From a virus (Duplodnaviria > Caudoviricetes): a DNA stretch of 64,000 nucleotides. Below, in pieces: positions 24,554 through 37,183 of the stretch. The notes beneath the pieces are model-generated. The model ran no database searches and was not told the origin of the DNA. It saw only the letters and a program-made list of their open reading frames with translations. Numbering within the stretch: position 1 is the first letter of the stretch; each line of letters starts with the position of its first letter. Both the position numbers and the translations under genes were made by a program. The DNA lies in the IMG/VR virus record IMGVR_UViG_3300003155_000119, positions 32,001-96,000 of that record; one strand, written 5' to 3'.

Positions 24554-25904
24554 TTTGCGTTTTAAGACATATATTCCTCCTGTAATAAAAGCAACTAATT
24601 TATACGTTACAGAAGAAAATATAAATCTAGGTAATGATAATTATATTCTTACTTATTACTTAGAACCAGAAGATGTTGACACGAAATCTATTGATTGGTA
24701 CTATTTGCCGAAGGATGGAAATTTAATTATTACCGCGTTAGATAATAATAGAATATCCATATATAGAGCGCCAACGATTTAGCCAAATACAACTTATACA
24801 CTAGTACTTCAAACAATAGACGGAAGTAATTTAGAAGATTCTGTTTCTATCTTTATAGAAGATACTACTGTCTATGTAAATAATATTACTTTTAGTCCAA
24901 GGTCTTTAGAAATTCCTGTGGGCGGTCAAGGGCAATTTGCTTTTACGGTACTGCCGTCTGACGCGACGAATCGCAATATAGAATTAAAAGTAACGAGCGC
25001 CGCAGGTGGGAATACTAGCGGAATAACAGTGTCAAAAGAATCAAGTATTGTGACCGTTTAGACGACAGACTCTGCGGAATTGGGCCAGTATACAATTACT
25101 GGAACCGCGTAGGACGGAAGCGGTGTTACTGGTTCTTGCTCTTTTACTATTGTTAAGGCAAGTAGTTCTGAGGAAGAGATAGAGGAGCATAGAAGCACAT
25201 GGCGCGGAACAGATTTATTATCTAGCGGACATTTTTCTGACATAGATGAAATTGCTGATGCTGTTGCGACAGGAGATTTTTCTGATATATGGGTTGGTGA
25301 TTATTTCACTATTAATGGGCCTATATTTAATAATAGCAGTATCTTAGGTTATGATGAGTATAATTTAGTTGTAATGGACATTAATACTATTTCTAGTTTG
25401 AGTTAGCCTCATCTTGTTTTAATGCCAGACCACATTATTGGAGTAACTAATTCATTATAGCCAAATAGATATAACTTATATGAAGCAGCTGTTTCCAATA
25501 TGCTGCAAGTTTATTCTCAGTCGTTGAAAGTCTATCTAGGAGAGAATAATTTAATTGATTTTACAGACAGGATGCCTACAGAAACTTAGTATTCAGCTAC
25601 CTTCCCTGGAATTACGCTACCAAGTGTAAAGAGTTTAACTAATTCTTATTCTAACGTGAATCCTCTTTCTATGAGTTCAGTATTTGTATCAGTCCTTCCA
25701 GGAATTTCATTAAGTAGTTCAGGAGCTGGACGACCTACTCTTTCAGCTTTAGCTTCCTATTAGGCTATTGCCATGTATGCGGTTAGTGATTTAAATAATA
25801 CGAATGAGTACTTAATTACGGTTATGAATAATGGATAGCTAATGTCTAATGCAATGTTTCAAAATATGTCTTTAGGTATTTGTCCATTATTAATTTTTGG
25901 TTGA
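24537..25904 (+). CDS. Ig-like (Big_2-type) domains plus C-terminal lectin-like domain; putative virion adhesin, 455 aa
   Basis: TVLPSDATN and TA(Q)DGSGVTGSC Ig motifs. C-terminal DIWVGDYF...PHLVLMPD...LGICPLLIFG. Read codon by codon through TAGs. Confidence 0.72.
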
Positions 25905-25924
25905 TAGGAGGGATAATAAAGAAA

Positions 25925-26293
25925 ATGAGAATATATAATCCAATATACCCTTCCATTAAAGACAATTTAGAAGAATTATTTGGGAAGGCTCCTACCTCAA
26001 TTACTTTAACATCTTATTCCGCTTAGTATTCTATTGCGGATCAAGGTACTTGTAAAATAAAAGGGTACGTTTATCCACAAGACGCATTAAATTAGCAGGT
26101 GCTAATAACTTATACGTCTTAGAAAGAAGGTTCTGTCTTAACATATTCTATTAACTATGGAGAAGATTCTACAGGAAAATATTTTGAGATTTCTGTTTCG
26201 ACAACAATAGAAGATGTTTATAGTATAAGGGTTAAAGCAAAAGGGAATTCGTCTGTACAAGCAGATATTTTTACTTTGACCGCAGTTAGCTAA
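25925..26293 (+). CDS. Ig-like domain protein, 122 aa
   Basis: RBS GGAGGG. MRIYNP...VYPQDALN(Q). Ends TAA. Confidence 0.65.
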
Positions 26294-26366
26294 ATATCTA
26301 GTTCAGGATATTATCCAGTCCGACTATGAGGAAGGACCAGTCTGTCCTATAATTATATTTGGCTGA
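26280..26366 (+). pseudogene. Orphan C-terminal remnant of an adhesin paralog
   Basis: The frame reads ...EEGPVCPIIIFG-TGATAG, matching LGICPLLIFG-TGATAG at the end of 24537..25904. Confidence 0.55.
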
Positions 26367-26495
26367 TAGAAAAATAAAAAGGAAATATGTTAAAATTACT
26401 AGAGGATGGTCTAAAATAGATTATCCTCTTTTATCTTTTTTCAATATATTTATAATAATTTTTAAGAGTAGAGGAGGAGGAGGAGGTCTAGCAAG

Positions 26496-27056
26496 ATGAT
26501 AGACTTATTAGAAAAATATTCTATTACAGACATTATAATATTTTTAGTTTTTCTTGCTCTTGCCGCAAAAGAACTAATTACCTTCATAGAATGGTCAAAA
26601 AGTAAAATAAGAGAAGCAGGGTTAGAAGCCACAATGGATAAGAGAGAAGAAGAGAAATTAGATGGTTATGACGAAGCTATAAGAAAGAATAATTCAAGAA
26701 TAGTAAATTTAGAGAAGGAGTTAGAATCATTATCAGAAGAAGTAACTAAATTAGAAAAAGATTTTAATGAGCACTTAGATGAGACTAAAGAAATAAAAGA
26801 TAGTTTAAGTAGATTGAATACTAATATTTCTTTGCTCTTGGAATCTAATAGAGATATTATTAAAACTACTTTAACAGAAAAACATCATTATTATTGTTAT
26901 AGTAAAAAGTGGATTGATGACTACAGTCTTGAATGTTGCGAAAAATTATTTCAACATTATAAATAGGAAGGCGGGAACTCTTTTATTGAGCACTTCATGG
27001 AAGATTTAAGAAGTTTACCTACTTCTGAAGAAAAAAGGAGAGAAAAGGATGGCTAA
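26496..27056 (+). CDS. Holin-like membrane protein, 186 aa
   Basis: N-terminal hydrophobic helix, coiled coil, and C-terminal YK(Q)EGGNSF...LRSLP reached through TAG 26964. Confidence 0.55.
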
Positions 27057-29670
27057 TTTAAATATTACTTTATACCCACCACAAATACCCACATATCAGA
27101 ATGCTTTTGTTCTAACGTCTAAATGCCGCATTTATTTTTCTTTATCTATATACAATAGCTATAAAGATATATAGAATAATGCGCAAGTAACAGTATCGAA
27201 TTAGAATACGAATCAATCAGTTCTTTCTTTAACTAAGTATCCTAATGAAATAAAGTTATGTGATGTGAAAATAGATAATACTAAGAGTTCTGATAGATAT
27301 TATATAGAAATTGAGCCAGAAGACTTATAGAATGGCTTTTAGATAAATCAATATTATAAAGTTTAGATAAGATTCACTAGTGCGGATGCGCCGACTCCAC
27401 CAGATTCTGCGGCTATAAATAAATGGTTAGTTGATAACGTTGACTATTTTTCTGAATGGTCTACTGTATGTTTAGTTAGAGCTATCAGTTAGCCAATTTT
27501 AACTCTATAGAATCTTTCTTCTAGCTCAGGAGAGGAAGGCTCTAATGTCGCTATTACAACGAATACCTTGGATATAGTAGGTAGTTTAACTTTTCAAGAT
27601 TCACACGAGAGTGATTCACTAAGTAGTTATTAGATAAAACTATATGACGAAGATAATAATTTACTGACTGATAGTAGAATTATTTATACTAGTGCATACA
27701 ACAATCCAAATGAAATAAATTATACTTTAAAATATATTTTAGAAAACGGGTCTGCTTATACAGTAACTATTGATATTGCAACTAATAACTATTATTATTA
27801 GACTTTTACTTATAATATTATTGTTATTTAGACACATGAAAATCCATTAAATGCGTTAGTTGTTGCGGAAAATGAAAAAGAATCTGGCCGCATTAAATTG
27901 ACAATAGCTAGTACCACTACAGATACTTTCCAAGGTAGCGTCATTATAAGACGGACTTCTAATAGAAGTAATTTCACTATATGGGAAGATATTTATACGA
28001 GAGTTTATCCTACCAAAGAATTAATTAACTTTACTTGGTATGATTGCACTGTTGAGAGCGGAATCTGGTATAATTATTCAGTGCAGAAAAAAGACGTATC
28101 TGGACAAAGAGGGGAAGAGACGTACATCGAGAAACCGGTTTCAGCGTATTTCGAAGATATGTTCTTAAATGCGGAAAAACAATAGCTAAGAATAAGATAC
28201 AACCCCGCGGTCTCAACTATGCGGCAAAACGTATCTGAAGCCAGAGCCGAAACACTTGGTTCTTAGTATCCTATTATTAGACGAAATGGATATATTAACT
28301 ACCGTTCTTTAAATATTTCTGGACTAATTACTGCACTTGATGACTTTAAGGATATTTTTACAAGTAAAGAAGAATTGTATGGCAAGGAAGCAACATCTTT
28401 ATATGATGATTATAATGAGGAAGAAAGAATTACTGAATATAATGATTATATACTAGAGAGAGAATTTAGAGAAAAAGTAATTACTTTCTTATATAAAGAC
28501 AATATAAAATTGCTTAGAACACTTACAGAAGGCAACGTCTTAGTAAAATTAATGAATATTTCCTTAACTCCGCAAACTACTTTAGGAAGAATGATTTATT
28601 CCTTCTCAGCTGAGGTGTATGAAGTAGCAGAATGCTCTTTAGATAATTTTATCAACTATGGAATTATTGAAACAGAGGAAGATAATATAATATTTGAACA
28701 AGAGGAAGAAGAAACAGTTACGCGGAAAGAGGTACTTGGTTAGATTCAGGATACTATCTCCGCAGATACTAATATCGTTGAATTGATTAAAGAGAAACAC
28801 GAAACAGATGCGGTTTCAGTTGAGTTGATACAAGATATTAAGTTCTCCTTTTATGATGACCCGTATTAGATAAAAGAGGACCCGTCAGGTAATTTATTGC
28901 CCCTGGCCGCAACAGATGATTAGTCTTTGTCTATTGGTTTAGGCTATATCATTTATATAAATGGAGAGTCAATAATGGTAAGCGAGGACGGCGTATATTC
29001 TCTTATGGATTTAAATGAAATGTTGACGTCAGTTACTTTTCCTATTGATTCGTTTGTGTCTATTGACTACATTGCGGTCTTAGCTGAAGAAAAAAGTGTT
29101 GAACCAGAGAGTTAGATAACGAGTTCTATCTATTATTATAATGATATTGTTGGTCAAATCTGGGGAGGCTTTAACTACGGAGAATCTTTATATGAGTATA
29201 TTGAAGCTAAGTACGCATTCAATTATGATAACTATAACTAGAGATTAATCTATATAGGAGATATTTCAATAGAAGCAAATACTAATATGGTATTTTATAT
29301 ATAGACAGATGAAGAATCTACCCCTTTGCGCAATGTTATAAATGAAACAAATGTTTTAACTATTCAAGATAAAACTCTAAAAATAAGAGATATTTTATTT
29401 GGAGGTATTCATCTTGACAAAGAAACAGATAAAAATAAAGAACTTGTTAATTCAAATAAATATTATCAAGAAGATAAAGAATATAGTTCCTTGGCCGCAA
29501 TAGGATACCCCCAAGCCAACCATGTATATGTAGTTGATAATGAGAGATATATATGGTATAATGAAAATTGGGAAAATATAAATGAGAATGATGATGTAGA
29601 AATTCCTACTAGCGGTCTTATTGATTATTATTGTAGAATTGTAAGGGAGGTTTATTTATTGAATGAATGA
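27049..29670 (+). CDS. Tail/baseplate structural protein (distal-tail-like), 873 aa, TAG-recoded
   Basis: Fragments 27898, 28375, 28927 and 29326 are in one frame. Motif TLGS(Q)YPIIRRNG..NYRS..ISGLI. Overlaps both neighbours. Confidence 0.7.
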
Positions 29671-31711
29671 TAGACCTTATTTAAGAGATAAAAATTTTCT
29701 AAAGACAATAGACAGAATCTCTTTAAAAGAAGAATTTGCTAAAATAACTATACTAAATTGGCAAGAGCGCCCAATAGAAGACATACAAGGAAAAGTTAGT
29801 TCTGGTACTTTAAATATTAATGGTAATTCCTCCTTGCGCCGCACTTGCAATCTAACTATCTTAATTGACGAAAATAATTCAAATATTACTAGTGTAAAAA
29901 ATTCTTTGTCTATAAATAAAAAAATAAAATTAGACATTGGGATAAAAAACAATACTAGCCAGTATTCAGAGTATGACATTATATGGTTTTCTCTTGGGAC
30001 ATATATAATATCTAGTGTTTCAATTACAAATACAAATAGCTAGATAACCTCAGCATCTTTGCAACTGAAAGATAAAATGTGTTTATTAAATGGGGAATGT
30101 GGCGGGCTCCTTCCGGCGAGCGTTACATTTAGTTCTTATGATACTTTAGACGCCAATGGCGCATATCAAACAGAGCAGCCTACGATTTATACAATTATTA
30201 AATATGTTGTTAATTATTTTGGCGGAGAGTAGCTACCTAAAATTTTAATTAGTGATGTAGACGAGAGAGTTAGAAAAGTTATGAAATGGACTGGTTCTAA
30301 TCCTTTATATATTACTCAATACACTAGCACAACATCTGGTGTATAGTATGGAGCTACTACAGATAAAGAGCAGGTAGACGAAGCACTTGCCGCGGGAACG
30401 ATTGATTCTTATACAGAATATAAAAGCGGCCAAGATGTAGGATACATTTATACAGATTTTATTTATCCAGGAGAATTAATTGGAGACGCTGGAAATTCTG
30501 TCTGTGATATATTAGATAAGATAAAAAGCGCTTTGGGCAATTATGAATATTTTTATGATTTAGATGGGAATTTTATTTTTCAAGAGATAAAGAATTATTT
30601 AAATACATCTAAATCAACTACTGATTTGAATGACATGGAATAGAACAATTATTTAATAGATATTACAAAAGGAAAGTCTGTTTATACCTTTGATGATAGT
30701 TTCCTAATTTCCTCTTATTCAAATGCCCCTTAGTATAGTATGATTAAAAATGATTATATAGTGTGGGGGATGAGAGAAGATGCTACAACAGGAGCTACAT
30801 ACCCTATACGGTATCATTTAGCTATTGATACAAAACCCTAGACAGGTAATACTTACAAAGTGTTCTTTTATGATGACCCAGATGACGGAATACGAAAAGC
30901 AAAGCGGCCAATACAATTTTCTACTAGAAACGGATTTCCTGCTTAGGGCGCGGAAGATACATTTTATCTTGCTCTTGATACTAATATTGTATATAAATGG
31001 GATACTGAATAGAACACTTATGTGAGGTTCGCTACACAGACAAAAGATATAACAACTACTGATTGGCGGACAGAGCTTTATTTATCTGGAGCGCAGGCAG
31101 AAGGTTTTAGTTTAGATACAAACAATTATTATACTGAGTTAAATAATGAATGGCCTAAAATGTATGATATAGAGAACGGGGAATTTTATGAGGGATACGA
31201 GAAAGACCCCGCTTCTTTAGATTATTTTTTAGATTTTATAGATTCGTCTGCGGCAATAGGTGAACTTAGTATATCGAACATTGGGAAGCGTTCTAAAATA
31301 GTTGTAGACGAGGACATCAACTGCATATTTGAAAGAGAAATTCCTAATTTGGTAATGATAGATGCTAGTTAGGATTCTGCTATTGTAACGGAATAGAGAG
31401 AGGAAGCATAGCGCAAAGGGCAAGATTATATACAAGTCACTGGGGCTATTTACAACTTATTAGCTACTGGTGGGACTTAGAATTCTGCTTTTGAGCGGGT
31501 TAAGGAACTAATATATTAGTATACTAGTTATAACGAAAGTATTACTTTACAATGCTTACCTATATATTACTTAGATGTTAATTAGAGAATTACTGTTAAT
31601 GATTCAAAAAGTAATATCTATGGAGACTATATGATTAATTCGATTTCAATTCCTCTTAATATATCTAGTATGATGACAATATCTGCAACGAGAGCGTTAG
31701 AAAGATTTTAA
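29663..31711 (+). CDS. Baseplate hub/tail protein, 682 aa, TAG-recoded
   Basis: Joins track ORFs 29663 and 31022. Motifs GTLNINGNSSLRRTC, LKDKMCLLNG, YEYFYDLDGNF, LPIYYLDVN. Confidence 0.75.
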
Positions 31712-31724
31712 GGAGGCAAATAAA

Positions 31725-32270
31725 GTGATTGGACAATTAAGAAGAAATAAAATAAATGATTATATATCTGATATAGATACTTCTTTTTCAGATAATATTA
31801 TTACAGGAAATTTTATTGCCGCAAAGCATTACTATATAAGCATTGATATAAACACAACAACTCAATAGGAGTAGAATATTTCAATAGTTTTAAAGAATTC
31901 TGAGAACGAACAACAAGAGCAAACAATAAAAAGAATGAAAATAATAAATGGAAATAATGAATCTATTGAAACGGTTTTCGTTCCTAATGCGGCATATGAT
32001 TAGATAATTATAAAAGACTGCACTAATTACACCGTCGTTCTTAACTAGGCCGCAGAAATAAATAATGTCCTCACTAAACTTAATATTAATAAACTAACTA
32101 AGATTGGCGTTCAAGGTCCGTCTGGTTTAGTAATGGATATTAATGGCGAAGAAATTAGGGTTGGAAGATTTGGAATATATGAGTTAATAAGAAGGATAGA
32201 TATAGACTTTATCAGTTTTATTGTTAATAATGATGATAATAGATTTTTTATTCTTGATTATTAGTATTAA
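31725..32270 (+). CDS. Structural protein, 181 aa, TAG-recoded
   Basis: RBS AAGGAGG, GTG start. KIGVQGPSG...INGEEIRVGRFGIYE...FILDY(Q)Y-TAA. Confidence 0.75.
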
Positions 32271-32289
32271 ATAAAGGAGGGAAAATACT

Positions 32290-34038
32290 ATGGCTGATTA
32301 TGGTTTTTATGGTGGTCGAAGAGGTCAACCATTTATTCTAAGAACGAATTTTCCTTCTATTCAGGATATGATAGATGCTTTTTCTTAGGGGAAAGAATAT
32401 ACAGAAGTAAAATTTGATGAATATGTTATTATAGACACTGCGGACAAGGGTAATGACGACAATGGAAAAATCTATCGGCGCGGGTATGATTACACTAATG
32501 ACATGGGCGGTGCTGAATATATATGCTAGATAAAAGGAAGCGGAGGCGCCAGTCCGCATTTATTACTTACTACTATTGATAATATTAATTAGCTGAAATA
32601 GTAGCAAGATGTTTCATTCACCGGTGAAGGCGAGTACTCTTATACGGAGAATAATTTAGTTCCAGGTAAAGATGGTGATTCATATAATGATTCCATTACT
32701 TGGGCCTATTGTTCAGTGAAGAATCCTGATGGAACTGATACTATCTCATACATAGGATTCACTTTCCCTTATACAGTAATTGACTATGAAGCAGAAAGTG
32801 TTCCATATGATTATGAAGGTACTTTAGTTGAAAGACAAGACACAGCTGATCACCCTTTTTATGAGAAGTGGAAGTTAAAAATTCCTAGGGGCGCAAAAGG
32901 TGATACTATAGAAAATATTCGCGTCATAACTCCCACCGCGGAAAACGTACAAGATTATACTGGTAAAGATGATGACGTAGCTAATCAAAGACAAATTATA
33001 GTTTATGATTAGACCGCCTATGAAGAAAACACCCAGGGCGAAATTCAAACTTTATACCTAGGTGATTATAATATGATTCAAAGTCTTTCTATGGACGAGG
33101 ACGGTCATATTACGATTCATTACACTCATGGAGAGGACTAGCTTATAACAGTAATTGCAAGATGGATTACTGCTGTTCATTTATCAGAGACTGGTTAGCT
33201 GTCAATAGATTATACAACAGGAGAATCTACTTAGGTAGAAAATGTTATAAAATGGATAGACACTATTAGTTTATCTGATGAAGGTAATTTAATAGTTACT
33301 TATAATGATGGAACATCAGACACCATCCAAGAAGGTATTAAGTGGATTACGGATGTTTCACTATCTGATAATGGAACATTTAGAATAGAATTTGGAAATA
33401 ATTTACCTGCATACGAAGCGACAATTAAATTCCCCACATTAGTAACTTTAGATACAGGAGATGAAGAAGGGGAAGGCTCTTAGAAAGTTAAAGTAACATA
33501 TAATGATGGAACATCTCAAGAATTAGGCAATCCATTGAACTATATTATGCGGATGGTTCTAAATGAAGAGGATTATCATATATTGGTGTTATTTAGCGAC
33601 CCGGCTAAGAGACAATAGATAGTAGAATCTGGAGAAGCAAAATCTTATGACGGAAGAAACGACTGGTATGATTTAGGTGCTGTAAAAGAAGACTCTGGTA
33701 TTCTCATAGGAATGAATTTAACATTAGACCATTTTACTGGCGGCACTTCAAATATAAGAATAATTAATTAGTTAAATCAGGAATATCCATCAGGACTCCC
33801 CTCCTCAGATGTTAATTTACATGGAAAAATCATTACCGTGGGTGACGCAGACGATGATAAAAAGTTCTTTGCTTTTGATTACAATACTGATTCTTGGTAT
33901 TATGTAGGAAACACATCTGCGGCAGGTCAGGTTACTTAGACTCAAGGTATTATAGTTGGGTACGAGGATGATGATGAACTGATTTAGCAAGCGGAAGATT
34001 TGCCAGTCGGCACTGTTTGGATGATTGAGGAGGATTAA
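32290..34038 (+). CDS. Structural/fibre protein with short beta repeats, 582 aa, TAG-recoded
   Basis: RBS AAGGAGG. Includes track ORF 32716. Repeats WITAVHLSETG / WIDTISLSDEG / WITDVSLSDNG. Confidence 0.72.
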
Positions 34039-34042
34039 GTAA

Positions 34043-34285
34043 ATGAGTAAGAAAATTTAGTTAAAAGGCCCTTTCAAAGCCGAAACAGAATTGTTAAAAG
34101 ATTTATATGAAAAAATAAATAAGATTAGTATTTTTTGTAAACCAGAACATCTTATCGTCATTAACGGAATGACATTCGAGATAGGAAAGACTGGAATGCT
34201 AGAAATAGAAGGGACTAATATTGAATCTTTAAAGTTCTAGCAAGACGAAGATGAAAATACTTATATAGACTTTTTAGAATTATAA
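34043..34285 (+). CDS. Small structural protein, 80 aa
   Basis: RBS GAGGAGG. INGMTFEIGKTGMLE resembles the C-terminus of 31725..32270. Confidence 0.7.
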
Positions 34286-34287
34286 AA

Positions 34288-34391
34288 AATATGCTCTGCG
34301 GTCAAAGGAAAAATAAGCCGCAGAGCATTTTATTTTCTGATATAATAAGAAGAACAAGGCACAGACGATACTTTATTCATCTGTGCCTTTT
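34288..34391 (+). terminator. Two tandem hairpin terminators closing the structural operon
   Basis: ATGCTCTGCGG/CCGCAGAGCAT + TTTT and AAGGCACAGA/TCTGTGCCTT + TT. Confidence 0.7.
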
Positions 34392-34516
34392 ATTTTGTGT
34401 ATCCTGTTAATTTTAATAAAATATATTAAAATTTGGTCAAAGAAAGTAAGGAAATTTTAATTAAAATTTATATATAGTGTAAAGACATGAAAGAAAGGAA
34501 GGTTAAGACAAAATTG

Positions 34517-34972
34517 ATGAATTATTATAATAATTATCCTTATAATTATAGCTTTGGAGTTAATCCATACCTCCAACAGTAGCCAAGTTATTCATATCAA
34601 TAGGCGCCGGCCGCACCTAATAGCACTAATATACTAAATGGAAAAATAGTAGATAGTGAAGATATGGTAAAAGCAACTGAAGTCCCGATTGGCGGTTTTG
34701 GAATATTCCCCAAAGCTGACTTAAGTGAAATCTATATAAAGTCTTGGAATAATAATGGTACAACAAATTTAATAACTTTTAAGCCATATATTCCACCTGC
34801 CGCAGAACAAAATAATAATAGCAATAGCTTAGTTGACTTTACTATTGTTAATGAGATACTAGAAAAAGTTTCTGCATTGGAAGGGAAGATAGATACTATA
34901 TTAAATATTAAAAGCAATGCTCCAGTCTCAATAGCACAATAGAAAGAAGGTCTTAAAGCAAATGGCTATTAA
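34517..34972 (+). CDS. Cassette protein 1 (N/Y/P/Q-rich N-terminus), 151 aa
   Basis: RBS AAGGAAGG. Extends track ORF 34664 at both ends through TAGs. Confidence 0.75.
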
Positions 34973-35219
34973 TAATTTTGGAATGAATCCTATGCAATTA
35001 TTTCAGTTCGTCCAAGCGCAGAAAAATCCCCAGCAATTTATGCTGAATGCTTTAAAGCAGGGAGGAAGTAATAATCCTGTTTTAGCAAATATTGTTAGTC
35101 TAGCGGAGCAAGGAAAAACTAATGAAATTGAATAGGTAGTAAGAAATGTCTTTAAAGAGAGAGGTCTTGATTTTGATAAAGAGTTTACAAGTTTCAAGCA
35201 ATAGCTTGGAATAAAATAA
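34962..35219 (+). CDS. Cassette protein 2 (NPQQ helical protein), 85 aa
   Basis: MNPMQL...KNPQQFM...NNPVL...IE(Q)VVRN. Ends TAA. Confidence 0.75.
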
Positions 35220-35248
35220 AGTAATAAAATAAACGGAGGTAAAGGTAT

Positions 35249-36109
35249 ATGTTTAATAATGCAAATGGTTATAGTCTATCAGACATTGCGGCAGTTACGA
35301 ATGCTGAATCCAATAGATGTTGCAATAACGGCAATGGATTTGGCTTTGATAATGGCGCCTGGTGGATTATTATCCTGTTCCTGTTCTGCTTTGCGGGATG
35401 GAGCGGCAACGGAATGTTTGGAGGCGGATTCGGTGGAAGTCCGACATACCAAGGCACAACAACTCGTGAAGAAATTGCTTACGGATTCGATATGAACGGC
35501 TTAGAGAACGGAATCCGTGGAATTTAGAACGGGCTATGTGATGGATTCTATAATATGAATACTAGCCTATTGACTGGCTTTAATGGATTACAAAATTCAA
35601 TGAACCAAGGTTTCGCTGGATTAAATACTGTAATCAATAATTCCACTTCAAACATCCAGCAGGATTTAAATAGCATTAATATTGCTAATATGCAGAATAC
35701 TAATGCTATTACAGCTCAGTTAAATGCGCTTGGGACTCAACAAGCCGATTGTTGTTGCTAGACTCAAAGACAGCTGGAACGCGGTTTCGCGGATTTGGGG
35801 TACAATCTTGCAACACAAGAATGCCAGACTCGTCAAGCAATAAACGACAGCACAAGAGACATAGTAGATAATCAGAATGCTGGAGTTCGGTCTATCCTTG
35901 ATTTCTTAACTCAGGATAAGATTGCAACTCTTCAAGCTGAGAATCAGAGTCTGAAGTTTGCGGCATCTCAAGCTAATCAAAACAACTATTTAGTTAACAC
36001 TTTGCGGCCCTGCCCAATTCCTGCATATATTCAGCCAAACCCTTTCTGCAATTATGATTATTTAAGTCTATACAGAAATGGTTGCTGCAATAATACCGGT
36101 TGCTGCTAA
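35249..36109 (+). CDS. Cassette protein 3 (Gly-rich hydrophobic segment, coiled coil, Cys clusters), 286 aa
   Basis: Three track ORFs in one frame joined by TAG: GI(Q)NGLCDGFY and DCCC(Q)TQR. Confidence 0.85.
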
Positions 36110-36141
36110 TTAAATAATAAGAATGGAGGAAAGATAAAAGT

Positions 36142-36564
36142 ATGGAAATTACTGCCAATGCTTTACAAACAGTAGAAGCAAACCAAAACGTTTTATTTAC
36201 GGATACCGCAGTATGTGGTAGCTGCTCCATAATTCACAGAGATGGAAGCGGACTAGTCACTTTACGCGCGTTACCAAATAATCAATGTAGAGCTAGATTC
36301 AGAGTGACCTTTGGCGGCAATATTGAAGTTCCAACAGGCGGAACATTAGGTCCTATATCTTTAGCTATTGCGGTTAATGGAGAGCCAGTTGGTGCTACCA
36401 CTATGATTTCAACCCCGGCCGCACTAGAAGAATTAAATAATGTATTTAGTAGTGTTTTCTTAGATGTCCCTATTGGATGTTGCTCTCAAGTGAGTGTTAA
36501 AAATACTAGCTCTTAGTCTATTGGTGTATAGAATGCTAATTTGATTGTAGAAAGAGTTGCTTAA
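36142..36564 (+). CDS. Cassette protein 4 (beta-sandwich, BclA C-terminal/C1q-like by inference), 140 aa
   Basis: RBS GGAGG. Read-through gives the C-terminus V(Q)NANLIVERVA-TAA. Confidence 0.7.
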
Positions 36565-36580
36565 GGAGGAGGAATAAAGT

Positions 36581-37174
36581 ATGGAAAGATTAAAAAACAT
36601 GAAAGAAACTCTTCTGTCAGCAGCTCAATCATAGATGGGGAATCTTGCGGCTGCCGATACAAAAGAGTTAGGTCAAGTAATTGATATGATAAAAGATTTA
36701 GAGGAAGCAATTTATTATTGTTCAATTACAGAGGCTATGAAGGAAAACAAAGAAAAAGAGAAGTATAGTCAAATGTATTATCAGGAGAGATATTTGCCAA
36801 TTCCAATGATGAATGAAATGTATCAAAGAGATATGGATAGAAATAGCTATGGAAGAATGTATTACCCAGACCGCATAATGAACAATAGAGACGAATCTAC
36901 TAATAGAGGTGGTTCTCGCTATTATACGGAAAGAGATTGGGATACATATCCAATTAATACAAGAGACAGTAGAGAAGGACGAAGTCCTTTAAGCCGAAAA
37001 AGCTATATGGAAGCCAAAGAACTACATCAAGGTAAAGAGATACAGATGAAAGAACTTGATAAATATATTCAAGAACTAGGTCATGACATTACTGAGATGA
37101 TTCAAGATGCTTCGCCAGAAGAGAAACAAATGCTGCAACAGAAGATTAGTGCTTTAGCCACTAAAATAAAATAA
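36581..37174 (+). CDS. Cassette protein 5 (DMIKD..EAIYY; M/R/Y-rich), 197 aa
   Basis: RBS GGAGGAGG before ATG 36581. One TAG before track ORF 36635. Confidence 0.8.
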
Positions 37175-37183
37175 TAAAATGAA

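Noticed and set aside
21503-26366. Diversity-generating retroelement targeting the lectin-like C-termini
   Set aside because: No reverse transcriptase and no template/variable repeat pair differing only at adenines in this window. Cannot be excluded elsewhere in the genome.
30825-35495. Alternate-frame + strand ORFs 30825..31025 and 35259..35495
   Set aside because: Both lie inside longer read-through genes in another frame and show no motifs.
2235-36230. Short minus-strand ORFs in the track within the late arm (e.g. 2235, 8127, 9969, 12986, 21061, 29677, 35003)
   Set aside because: Antisense shadows of longer + strand genes, with no recognisable motifs.
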